A stretch of 56,591 nucleotides of DNA, the filler included, from Sphacelaria rigidula (taxonomy: Eukaryota), in NCBI GenBank assembly GCA_964200075.2. It is 5 parts of 5 records of this genome, joined end to end, with 100 filler letters (N's around TTAATTAATTAA, not from the genome) between each part and the next. Parts side by side here need not be neighbours in the genome. Positions count along the whole stretch, not along the records: positions 34,017 to 45,254 come from CAXNAA020005188.1; positions 45,355 to 56,591 come from CAXNAA020005189.1; 3 more parts are not named here. One strand, written 5' to 3'. The notes under the pieces were generated by a model. That model was not told the DNA's origin, searched no databases, and saw nothing but the letters and a program-made list of their open reading frames with translations. A program made the position numbers and the translations under genes. Below, piece after piece: positions 37,042 through 48,898 of the stretch (position 1 is the first letter of the stretch; each line of letters starts with the position of its first letter).

Positions 37042-40000
37042 ATGTCGCAACCCATTATCCCTGCTTCCTCCTCCGGTTCGGGAGGCACACGGCCCCGCCG
37101 TACACGAAGCCAGACTATTAACCGTTCTCGCCGCATGGGCAAAGGCGATGCTTCACCTACAGCTCTACGACAACAATCTAAGAGCGCTGCTCTATCTACG
37201 GGACTTGAAGATCAGCAGCCTGCGAAGTCAAGACTGCCTCACGACGTAACATTCCGTGGCGGGTCGACATCAGACGCTGCTCTATCTACGGGACTTGAAG
37301 ACCGGCGGACTGCAAAGTCCAAAGTGCCTCACGACGTACCCTTCCGTGGCGTGTCGACAGCAGTTGCGGCTGCAATGCTTATGCCCCACGATGTAACATC
37401 CCGTGACGATTCGCTACCGGCTGTGGCTGCAACGCTCCTGTCCCACGATGTTACATCCCGTGACGATTCGATACCGGCTCGTGGTGAAGCACACCCCTCA
37501 CTGAAGAATGCTTCTACGGACGCTGTTCTGGGATCCGCGGCCTGAGATACGCCCTCAGTTGAGCCCATAGCGGTGGGTTCTCCCCTGCCGCCCAGTTCGG
37601 AGACAATCAACCTTTCTCCGCCCTAGCCGAAGCGGCACGTTTCCGCCGTTCGAAATACTACCACGGGCGTTGCTTCTGTTGGAACTTCTCACTCCACGAC
37701 CTCTGGTAGTCCAACGCGCCGCACTCCGTCATCTGGGTCCGGAACCATGGTCGAGACCATGATTTTGGCACCCCAGAACTCAGCCCAGGCTTCACCTGGT
37801 TCCGCTGACGACCCTGGAAAAAATCTTGCCATGGCACTCAAGACTTTCTACGATGCCACGATACATACTCAGGTACGCTCCTCTGACGCGCGAATTGCCC
37901 GCGGGGCTCAAACAACAGAAATTGCCGCCACACTTAATGACCCCTCAGTCGCCACTGCGCGGTCTGTACAACCCCTGGGAAAATAGAGATAATTTCCGTC
38001 CATCTTCCGCTCCCTACGGAAATGGGGCCCGTGCCTTACACCGCCATAACTCGACGCGGTGTGTAAGGCATGACAAAGTCAGCCATTCTCCCGGGGGTAG
38101 CCCAGCACACAGCCGTCAATCATGACGTGGTTCTAGGAAGTCATTTAGCAATAGCCACACAAGTAATCGTGCTCCGTTCATTCGGCACTCGCAGCGCCGA
38201 CAACACATACGTGATGACCACACCGTGCATGCGGACGACGTGACAAAAATGCTTTCTGACCTATTATCGGACCCAGCTTCCTCGATAGAGAAAGCTAGCA
38301 AAACAAATTCTTCTGAGCCCCGGCGCCATCATAGACGAACTCGAGCTGACCGCGATGCCCCATCCCGCTCTGCTGCTGGTGCCGCCACTATCCGTTTGCT
38401 TCAGCGTCAGATTTCTGATCTGCACCGTGTCATCAAACAGACCATGGACTCATCCAAGACTTTGCTCACCATTTCTTCGGCAACCACTGCGGCAACTACT
38501 GCTTCCCCGCGGCCACTCCTGCTCCGGCCACTCCCGCAGTCGGCCCGAGCGCCGCAGTGGCGCCTTCGGCCACTGCGACGGCCGCCCCTGCCGCTGCACC
38601 TGCCGCCGTCAGCGGTGACCACCTTGATGACAGGTCTCCGGTCGCTGTGACTGCCGCCCCTGCTGTCGTCGCTACGACCGTTGGCGGCGCCCCCACGACT
38701 GATAGGTCCCCGGGCAAGCCACACCCTCAGCCGCAGCTCACAGCGGAGTTCTGCCCAACGGGATATCTTGTGTGCCTCTTTCTCGAACATGACAGAGCCA
38801 CGCAGGAGGACATCGTCGCTTGTTACCGAGCCGGCACCCCGGTGCCAGCCCTGCCGGCCACCAATCCGGCGCCGAATCATACGGCGACCGCCCCGGCGCC
38901 GACATCGCAGGACATGCCAAATGCCAGCACTGCTGACGAAAACGCGATTCGCCTCCTCCGGGAGGAATTTTCCACGCGGCAGGCTAACCTGGAACGCAAC
39001 GACAACACCGCCACCGCCGCCCACTCCGCTGCCCTTCGGGCTCACGCCGAACACCACTCGGTTGTAGCAGCCAGTCAACGAAAGACTGAGGAGCTGGCGG
39101 CCTACATTAATCGGACAGCTGGGCACGCTGCGTCCGCGGTGACCTTGCTGTCCGACCATCCGGCCGCTCGGGCTCGCGCAACGTCGCTTCAGGCTCCTCC
39201 ACACACGCAGCGATCCCACGTGGCTTCTACACCATCGGGCTCGGTCTCTTCGCCATCTGCAGGGTACCGTATACCCGTTGAGTCGGAAGCCGCCATTCCC
39301 GACGCGACGACCGCGGACGAACTCTGCATTTCCCTCTCCCCTCACGACGTCACTTGGCTCGTGCATACCGTGCGAGATTTCTCCGCCGGCGTTTCGGTGG
39401 ACAGTCCCCTCCAAAGCTCCAAGGCTGCTTGGACTACTGTCTACCATAGGGCCTTAGTTGCCTTGGGTCTATATCTGGACCAAGGCGCGCAACTCCCGGT
39501 GGCAGACCTGCACGCTCTGACGCTCGCCTAGCTTGTGGCACATGCCCAAACGGGCCCCAATGATGGTGCTGGTGCCTACAACAGAGCCGCACGTAGCCTT
39601 TCGCAGGCCTTACGGGACGCGTTTCAGTCCGGCACCTCCACTGACGACGACGATGACAATGACGATGACAGATGGACTCCGGTCACCGCGAACTGTCAGC
39701 CGCTCAAACACCACGGCGACAATGATGACCGCCAGGGTGGTCGACGCGGGGGTCGCCGCGACGGTTCCGGATCCTCCGGTGGAGGACGACGAGGATCTAA
39801 TTCTCGACGAACGGTTCGTAGTAAACAACACCCGAACAGGAAACGAACGGGATCTGGCTCGTCGGACAGCTCGTCCCGCAATCCCCGCCACAGGAACGAG
39901 TTAACGCCTGACCCGCCGTCAGTTAACTTCATCAATGTCAGGCAAGAAACATCTCGTTTAGCTGATGTTTCCCGCGAGTTATTAGGTTTGTCTGACACTG

Positions 40001-43000
40001 ATGACAAAGGCCGACCTTTGTCTTCGACCTCGGCCCGCACTTTAGCTGCCGCCGCGGCTAGCCAAGCACAGACTGCAGCTCGTGAGGCTGCAGCAGCTGC
40101 TAAGGTTGAGGCTGCTCGGGCAGCTGCTATCCAGAGAGAGTACATACAGATGGATGTCAAGAAACTTTTGCATATTAACACCATGCAGCGGACAATGAGG
40201 ACTCAGGATACTTTACCTCGAGCCTCATTCACTCCATCTGTCGTACTGTACAAAATATTCTGCAATTAGCGGATCGCACGGGTGTTTAGCAATTCGAAAA
40301 TGCCGTTTGGGTCGATGGTTGGCAGACGCCGCAACATATGGCCTTACACCGCGCCATCTCTCGTCGCTCACCTGACCTTGCCCCTTCATTGACCCAGAAC
40401 ATCCACGGGTTCGTCTCAGCGATGGATCAGGACCGTGCCCCGGGACGATCTTGCCGAACAATACTCAGTGATCTGGAGCGGCGTCTGATTGGTTACTTTG
40501 ATCGTAGTACGCAGGGTAGCTCCATCCAGCGTCTACGTTCGTTTGGTGTAGCCACGGACGTTCCTTTTTCCGACTACCTTTATCAGTTCAAGTTGTTGGT
40601 TTCCAGCACTTTGTGAACTGGACGCCAGAGTGGGGCTTCTGATTCTATGTGTCAGTCTTATGTCCGTACGAGTCTGTCTGAGCAGTTCCCGGCATTGATA
40701 CCATCGTTGTTTCCGGGCGCCCTAGCACACCGCGAGGTGCCTTTCACCTCCGTAGACGCAATGTGGACAGCTTTTGTCCATCAAGAAAGCAATCTCACTC
40801 CCGCCATTCGGGGTGAAAAACATTTGTCTTCGCGTTCACAGCCTGCCGCTGTCTCCTCCGCGAACACCTATGGGTCTCGCGGACGGAATTCGAGTTCATC
40901 TCGCGCTACATGGACCCCCGCCTCTGTCGCCGGTTCAGTAATAAGTGTTAGAAGTAACAAAGACCTATTTTGCGCAGGCTTCGACGCATGGCGGTACTCT
41001 GAAGAGACATGGGACGACGTTTAGTTGACTTCTACGACAGATTTTGTGATGGATGAGCCCCATTTGTGGAACCCGCTTCTGTCGTCTTCGGCTAGACACG
41101 ACGCTTCCAGCCGCCACGCCAACAAATGTATCTATTGCAATCTTCATGGCCACAGCATACGTGACAGTGACAACTCATGCATAAATGCATTCGATCTCAT
41201 GAACTCTGAACTACAGAGCAATGAACCCGCGTGGCGCCGATGGCAAAAAACGAATGCGCGACTATCGTACTCTAAATCGAAATAACCGCCACCATTCGAG
41301 TTTTCGAGGCAACGATCGCTCTAATCGCGAGCGCCGACAAAACAATAACCATAGTTCTGGCACCCACCAACGAGAGAGTACCTCCCGCGCCAATCATGGT
41401 TCCGCTGATAGACACCGGCAAACGGGACCGACACATAGCTAGAACCCCTGGTACCATCACTTCGGATCGCTTAGATCCATGACGTGACAATGTCGGCGTC
41501 CTGAAGTCTTCGGCGCCGCTGACAGCACTTTCGAAGACGTTTTCAACCCCGCCCGCGAAACTAGCGGCGAAAGTGTCTCGCTCAGTCTCCCCGGCATTAT
41601 GCAGGAGCACTAATGGCGGCCGCTCAAATCGACCCCCGTCTTGACCTCCTCGCATACAGCGTAACAGTTGCATGAACTCACGACTTAGCTCTACGCTTGG
41701 CTCTGGACTTGGTTCTCCAGAACTGAGTGTAAATATGAGGTGTGGGAACACCAGCCGCCCTTCCCTGAGACAAAGGCTTCTCTCAGCGACCGCACGCGCA
41801 GGTAGGAGTGTAGCTCACTCGAATGGTTCAAGCGTCGCTCGTCTCAATTTGACCACTTCGAGCCAAGTAACACCCACCCAGCTCGGAAGAGTAACACCCA
41901 CCCAGCTCGGAAGAGTTCGTACTTCGCGTATTACACCACGCAAAACTACCCCTGATAGGTTCCAAGAAAAACCGTCCCAATTTACAATCGGCTATAACTC
42001 CTCAGCCAAGCTTACCAGTGGAAATCCACAAGCTTCACCCGAGCATGCCCCGATGCTGACCCCATCCACCCGACTGGACGCAGTTGTGGTGCCCCAACAA
42101 GTCTTGGAAGTTCCCCGATAATCGTCACGGCGAAAGAGGAAGCCCTGTGAGGGTGCCCCAAAGGAAGCGCGCGCATCATCACGCACACCTCTTTCGAATG
42201 GAAAACCTCGACCTCAATCTCTCCAAAATGCGACGACTTTGCGCTCGACGGCTTTATCAAGCATCCCGGAAGAAACAAATTCAAATATTTCTGACGCCAC
42301 TGCTTCTCCAATCGACGACCCCTACAACGCACAATCTTGATCCACCTTGGATGTTGATCCCTGTCTACCCAAGACGTTTATTTATGAAGTCGCTAATGAT
42401 CCCTCTACCCGTGCCTCACCTGGAAATAATATACCGTTCACCACCTTTTCTGGTGAAAAATAATACCCACCGGCGGATCACCCACCGTCCGTTTTTGCTG
42501 TCAGCCTCGCCGATCATGACCAATTTACCTTGCCGGAACATGGTCCGGATCTTGTCGGCGGTAAAGTGTCTGTGGACCCGACCACTTTCACTACACGCGT
42601 CGCGATCCACTCAGGTTCAAATGCTACCACGCCTACGAAGTGCGTATCCCTGTTGGACAGCAGCAGCCTGCAAACGTTCATTCGACAATCAAGATCGGAA
42701 TACATGAAACAGACTGGCACTGCTTCCACAGCTTGTGAAACCACCACTCAATCTCGAGTATGGGGCGGCTTCGGTGATTCTACCGCACCTCTGACAACAC
42801 AAAAACCTGTACGTGTTGGAGTGATTTTTTTTCACAACACCACTCGTTCTGCCAGCTTGGTCGTCTGGGCATACATTGTCCCCGACAGCACAATGCATCA
42901 CGCCATATTATTGAGCAGAGATAGCTACATGCGGTTTCATAAACGAACCTACCGCACGCTCCCACCAGTATCGCCACAATCCACGTCTCGTGGAGAATCC

Positions 43001-45177
43001 AACCTTGCACACTTTGGTACACTCCACGGTGCTTTGGCCTACCAAAAGAATACTCAAGCAACCGGAGCTGCTTGCCACCTACGATACAATAGTAGTGTTT
43101 ATGTATCACACTCTCTGACGATCCTCAAATTTCAGAAGTTGCACTAGTTCGCCGAAATGGCATGCTTGCACTTATGGGTCATTATCTTGCCAAAATATTA
43201 CCCCGTATTGGTGCACCAGCCGACACAGAGCATTTTGTCTCGGCGGGACAACAATTCCTCCCTCTTACGGGACATGCTAACTTGGAACCCGGCGATATTT
43301 TAGGAATCGCCGCCGCTCCCCTGATGCACATCCCACTCGAGACGTGCGTAACAGAGCCTGCCGAGCCCGACGCACCATCTCCGACGGAGTCACTCCATCG
43401 TGTCGATGAACCTTATTTCGACCTCGTCTCTGCGACTCCACCCCGGGTCCCCACCGTGGATCCTGCCCAGTCAAATTCCGATCCTCCTGCTGAGATACTA
43501 CAACGCTTATCACCAGATTCTCGGAATAGTTTCTTGCAAATGTGGAACCAGTTCCCGCCACACATGCGTGATATCAATTTTGACCTTCATGGGCCGGGCT
43601 GGGAACCAGCAGTCATCCAAGAGCTCAGTGATGTCCTGCTACAGTATCAAGACCGATTTTCCCGATCCGAAACGGATCTTGGGCACTGCAAAACGCTGCC
43701 CTTCGAGGTTACACTCCAACCCGGGGTCTCGCCAATATCGTCGCGACCATACCGGACAAACCCAATCCTTACCAAAAAATTCAATACCATCTAGATGCAT
43801 TTTTGGTAGCGGGGTTAATACAACATTCCTCCTCTCCTTGGGTCTCGCCACTTGTGGTCGTCCCCCAAAAGGATGGAAACATACGCATAACCGTGAATTA
43901 CCAACGGTTGAACCGCGTCACTGTGATAGGTAAACTTCCAACCTCCCGCATTGATGAAGTCTTCGACTCCTTAGGCGAAGGAAACTATTATTACCTTCGA
44001 CCTCGCTTCTGGATTTTTCCAGAATACTATCCACCCTGACACGGTCCCACTTACGGCCTTCTGTACCTCGTCCGAGCTTTACGAGTGGTTTCGAATGCCA
44101 CAAGGCGCTGCCACGGCCCCGAGATGCTTTCAACGCTTTATGCAACGCGTCACCGAGGATCTCGAGCACATCGTCATGTACCTAGATGGCGCTATAGCTT
44201 TTGATGTCTCACCTATTGAACACATCCGCACTCTACGAGAATTTCTATCTCGTCTACGTAAAGGTGACTTGAAACTGTCTCCATCCAAAGCTCGCCTTTG
44301 CGCGACTGACTTGGATTTCCTGGGACATTCCATTTCGCCAGCAGGCCTACATCCAGGTACAAAGCCAAAGCGATGGCTGACTTGCCGATGCCAAGCAACA
44401 TTTCTCAACTTCGCTCATTGTTAGGCGGACTATCCTACTACTGAAAAATTTTGCCGTACTTATCTAAACGGATTCGCCCCCTTAACACGGGATCTTACAA
44501 ATTGGGGATGGATCATTTATTGGGGATGAGAAACCCGGAAGATTAAAACCTTCGTATCCGCACCAGATATTCGAAATATGGTTCCATTTCTTCACCTACT
44601 GGTAGCTTTTGACAACTGCTACACGCAATAGAAATTTGGATTTCGATCACCGAAATATTGGGGTCCTAGGTGAAAAAAATCATTTCGGAACCATTTTGGC
44701 GTCCGCTTGGACACCCGGAATTCCACAAAACTGTTTTTTCACCTAGGACCCCAAACGTTCGGTGATCGAAATCCAAATTCCTATGGCGTGTAGCAGTTGT
44801 CAATAGCTATCAGCAGGTGAAGAAATGGAACCATATTTCGAATATTGGATGAGGATACGAGAAGTTTAATGCTCCGGGTTTCTCATCCCCAATAAATGAT
44901 CCATCCCCAATTTGTAACATCCCGTGTTCCTTACTGAATTACTCAAGAAAGGAGCCGTGTTTCCTTCACCACCGACATTCCTTCACCACCGATATGAAGA
45001 ATATCACCCGCGAATTGCTGAAAATGCTTACCGAAAAGCCGGTACTCTGTTTCCCTGATTGGGAGGCAGTACCAGATGACTCTCGCCTTTCCAACTACAC
45101 ACAGACGCCAGCACAGACGGGTTTGGAGGAGTTGTGAATCAACCACAGGTTGACGGCTCCATTCGACCCATCCTTTA
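37042..45177 (+). mobile_element. Decayed Ty3/gypsy LTR retrotransposon internal region (gag-like, protease, RT, partial RNase H)
   Basis: Zn knuckle CIYCNLHGHSIRDS (~41127); protease LLDSSS (~42650); RT motifs SSSPWVSPLVVVPQKDGNIRITVNYQRLN, MPQG and YLDG (~43800-44200); RNase H FQLHTDASTDGFGG (~45088). PR-RT-RH order. Many stops and frameshifts. LTRs not delimited, and the 5' boundary of the gag-like region is inferred. Confidence 0.92.
44484..44928. mobile_element. Hairpin MITE family B inserted in gypsy pol, 4-bp TSD CCTT
   Basis: Ends aacacgggat / atcccgtgtt with ~195-bp inverted arms. cctt at 44480-44483 and 44929-44932. Removing it restores IRPLTELLKKGAVF. Confidence 0.96.
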
Positions 45178-45254
45178 GAGTCATCCTACGATAGCGGGGG
45201 GGTATTTTGGGCCATTTGTTGCTCGAAATTTCAAGTCAGATCGTCGTTGAAAGC
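45178..45254 (+). mobile_element. Left end of a GAGTCATCCTACGATAG-type TIR element interrupting gypsy RNase H, cut by the linker
   Basis: Begins immediately after RNase H codons ...DGSIRPIL and shares ctacgatag with the family A TIR. Confidence 0.6.
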
Positions 45255-45354
45255 NNNNNNNNNNNNNNNNNNNNNNNNNNNNNNNNNNNNNNNNNNNNTT
45301 AATTAATTAANNNNNNNNNNNNNNNNNNNNNNNNNNNNNNNNNNNNNNNNNNNN
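45255..45354. other. Artificial linker
   Basis: N44-TTAATTAATTAA-N44. Confidence 0.99.
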
Positions 45355-45976
45355 GTTCAAAAGTGCTGACGCCATACCCTACGGCGATAGTAATATTTTT
45401 TACTGCGCTGCGCTGCCGTATGTATTACTATAACGAACGCTACTGTACTTTCCTACCTGTTGTTCCTGTGCTTGAGGGGTGGTGTGCGGCACTGCACTTT
45501 TGAACTCTGCTCGCGCACTGTTCTCTGTTCTCGCAATACCGACTGTGCCATCATGTACCACCACAAGGCATTATCATGTACTGTACTGATGAAGTGTACT
45601 GCACTGTATTACCCCAGGGTATCAAGGTACAACACTGTACTCGAAGGATTGTTTACCGCCTGCGTGCTCTTCGGCCTCATGCACGAGTACGCAGTACGAT
45701 ACTCATGCAAAAAATGACCGTCTGTGTACAGAACCGTTTCACAGATCTGTGATACTGTACCGTCTGTACCAAAAAACAGTCCCCCCGATTATGAGTTCAC
45801 GAATTTGAGTCCCCCCGATTTGTTCAAAATCGGGGTCCCAAACGATCGAGATTCGTTTGCCACAAAAGTGGGTCTAATGTGGCACACACGGATCCAAGTT
45901 TCACGAATCTGAGTTCGCCCGATTTGGCACAGATTGGGGTCCCGTCAGATCCGGGATTGGTCCCGTGAAAATGGTC
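45355..45976 (+). mobile_element. Right part of a family H element plus a ~100-bp duplicate of its right terminus
   Basis: 45367-45874 is collinear with 47600-48042 and ends ggtc-taa (45874). A second terminus copy ends atggtc-tta (45976). Confidence 0.8.
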
Positions 45977-45979
45977 TTA

Positions 45980-47244
45980 AGCTACTTCTTTTATGTATAA
46001 AAAAACACGTTGTCAGAAAAGCCCTTTTCCAACAACACGTCTTCCAACATAATTTTTCAAAGTAGCCCTTCTTACGTGATCGACGCACTATCAACATTCA
46101 AAACGCAGTGTTCATCGTTTTCTATCAGGTGTGCAGGCATTATTTCAAATTCTGGGGCGCGCGAGAAAGACGTAGCACTCTGCTGCCCTGTCGTGGTGTA
46201 CGGTCCGTACTGACTATCTGTACTACTGTGATACATTACCTGAGCAATACATGGCGGGCTGCGTGACGCAAGACCATCAATAAGAACACCGCCTTGCTGT
46301 ACCAACTGACTGTACAAGTGACGGTTGTGCTTTTTCACTGCACGGTAGTACTTGACTGAAAGGAGAGCACGGACAACAGTACACACAACAGTGCTGTATT
46401 GCATGCATCGGCTGTAGTACTACAACAGTAGCACTGTTCATAGTCTTGTTTGTACTGTCAGTACGGTCCTGTATCTACAAGGCTTGGGTGCGTAGGCAGT
46501 CTGTACTGCAAAGCGACGTCTGTTCGCAACAAGCTGCATGCACAAATCTCAACTGAGCTGCAAGTTCGCTGCACTGTTGTTGTAGTACTCGGTTGTACGG
46601 GCAGCACAGACAACAGTACAGACACGAGTGTGGTGTTGCGTGCGTTGGATCTACCACAGTAGTAGCACTACCTGTCTCATAGTCTTGTGTGTACTGTCAG
46701 TCCGGTCCTGTCTCTACAAGGTTTGGGTGCGTGGGCAGTCTGTAAAGCATTGCGACGGCTGTTCTTGACGACACGCTGCGTGCACAGACCTGAACTGAGC
46801 TACAATTTTGTACGGACGACATACAGTATAGACTGTCCTGTCTGTACAGCAGTCGTCATCGACCCTGCCCTCTGCTGTTCTCATGGGGCAAAGGGCCACC
46901 ACGCTACTAGCGAGCGAAGGACAATGATGCAACACGCTGAATGCCCACGAGCACCGGCGACAGCATTAGTGGTGATTGCAGCCAAGCCATCACAGGTGCT
47001 GTTGTGGGCTGTAATGTGTGTTCAAACGTGTTCAAACGAGGTTCAAACACTTTTTCAACAATGTTTTTCGCTAGCCCAAGGTTATCAGAAAATTGTGATT
47101 TTCTGATATTTTTGGGCCATCGGAAAAGGTTATAAGAAAATTTTCCATCATAAAATGCGTTTTCTGATCACATAATAAGTGGGCTTTTGGTCATTTATCA
47201 GAAAACGCATCAGAAAACGCTTTTTTGATACATACGAAGTAGCC
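45980..47244. mobile_element. Harbinger-like non-autonomous element (family G), TTA TSD, with an internal ~235-bp-period duplication
   Basis: TIRs agctacttcttttatgtataaaaaa / ttttttgatacatacgaagtagcc. tta at 45977-45979 and 47245-47247. Duplicated block at ~46430 and ~46665. Confidence 0.75.
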
Positions 47245-47247
47245 TTA

Positions 47248-48042
47248 AGCCATCTTATATGGCAGTCACCAATCTCGATTTTTTCGAGCATCGGGGGGAA
47301 AAAAAATCGGGGAATGCATTTTACGTATCCCAATTTGGATCAAATCGGGGGAGAAAAAATCGGGGTGTCACGATCTCAGAACAATACCCTTCGATTTCAT
47401 GAAAAAATCGGGAGGATTCTGAGGTGCCCCCGACATCGAGGAGGTGATGTACGTGCGTTGACGTACAATGGTAGGGTACGAGGCGTTTGATATTTTTGCA
47501 ACCGCAGCAGAAGACAGTTTCGTGACAACGCATGGCGTGCCTGCCCGCGCGAGCTGCTGAAGCACCTTCGCACGGGGTTTGACAAGCGGATAATGAGTGT
47601 TGACGCCGTACCCCGCGGCGATGGGGGTATTTCATGCTGCACTGCGCTGCCATATGTATCACTGTAACGAACGACTGTACTACAGTATCCTAGTCTGTTT
47701 TGGCTGTACTTGCAGGGTGATATTTGGCACTGCACTGCTGAACTCTTCTCGCGCACTGTTCATTGTTCTCGCAGTACCGGATGTGCCATCATGTATTACC
47801 CTAGGGTACCACGATACGACACTGTACTCGAAAATTTTTCACCGCCTGCCTGGTCTTCGGCTTCATGCACGAGTACGCGATACCACGCTCATGCAGAAAA
47901 TTGCCATGTGCACAGAACTGTTTCCCAAATCTGTGATACCATAAAACGGTTCCCCCGATTTTGAGTGTGACGATTTGAGTCCCCCCGACTTTGAAGAAAT
48001 TGGTGTCTAAAAAATTCGAGGTTCGTTGCCATAAATATGGTC
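47248..48042 (+). mobile_element. Harbinger-like non-autonomous element (family H), TTA TSD, with subterminal aaatcggg / cccgatt repeats
   Basis: Ends agccatcttatatggca / tgccataaatatggtc. tta at 47245-47247 and 48043-48045. Confidence 0.78.
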
Positions 48043-48321
48043 TTAAGAACGTTTTGTGGGAAATGGGTATTGTTTTTTGTCCTGAACTCATGAAGAATAT
48101 ATATTTCAATGTCTCGGCGTAACTTGTTGATTGTGCTGTTGCCATTTTCTGTACCAAACCGAGCTGCAACTTCCACTTTCAGGATTCAATCCGTTTGTAG
48201 ACTGGCCCTTCTAGTACATCCAGTAGTAGCACAAGCTTATCGGCGGCTTCCGCCGCCACGCTCAGTAGATCGATTCCAAGATACTTGACAATTACATCAA
48301 CAATGCTCAGTACACATGGTA

Positions 48322-48898
48322 CTTCCTTTGTCCCATAAGTAAAGGTACCTGAATTTCACGGGCCCTTAACGATGTCCGATCGTTTTTTATTTTATTTTAT
48401 TAACTCTATGGTGTTTTTTGGGTGAAGAAAATGTGTTCAAAATTTGCAGCTCGTGCTTGAACCATGCCCGCCGAACGGCTGCAAAAAAAGTAGTCGGCCC
48501 AAAAATGGCCGTTTTTTGCCCCTTTCCGAGGGGAAAAAAAGTGCCGAATTTTTTTATTTTTTATTATTTATTTTTTCAAATCGCGTGGGATTTCCTTTTA
48601 ATCGCGTGGGACTTCCTGGCAGCAAGCAAGCCCCAGTGAAGGCGGGGGCGATTAAAAATATTCATAAATATTTTTTTCGACACTTTTTTTTCCCCTCGGA
48701 AAGGGGCAAAAAACGGCCATTTTGGGGCCGACTACTCGTTTTGCAGCCGTTCGGCGGCATGGTTCAAGCACGAGCTGCGAATTTTAAACACATTCTCTTA
48801 ACCCAATAAACACGGTAGGATTCATTAAAAAAAACCCGATCGGACATCGGTAAGGGCCCGTATAAATTTAGGTACCTTTACTTATGGGACAGAGGAAG
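48322..48898. mobile_element. Stowaway-like (Tc1/mariner) hairpin MITE, TA TSD
   Basis: Ends ta-cttcctttgtcccataagtaaaggtacct / aggtacctttacttatgggacagaggaag-ta, with ~250-bp inverted arms. Confidence 0.93.

Noticed and set aside
38407..39447. 346-aa minus-strand ORF
   Set aside because: It is the antisense shadow of the GC-rich gag-like + strand region and has no motifs.
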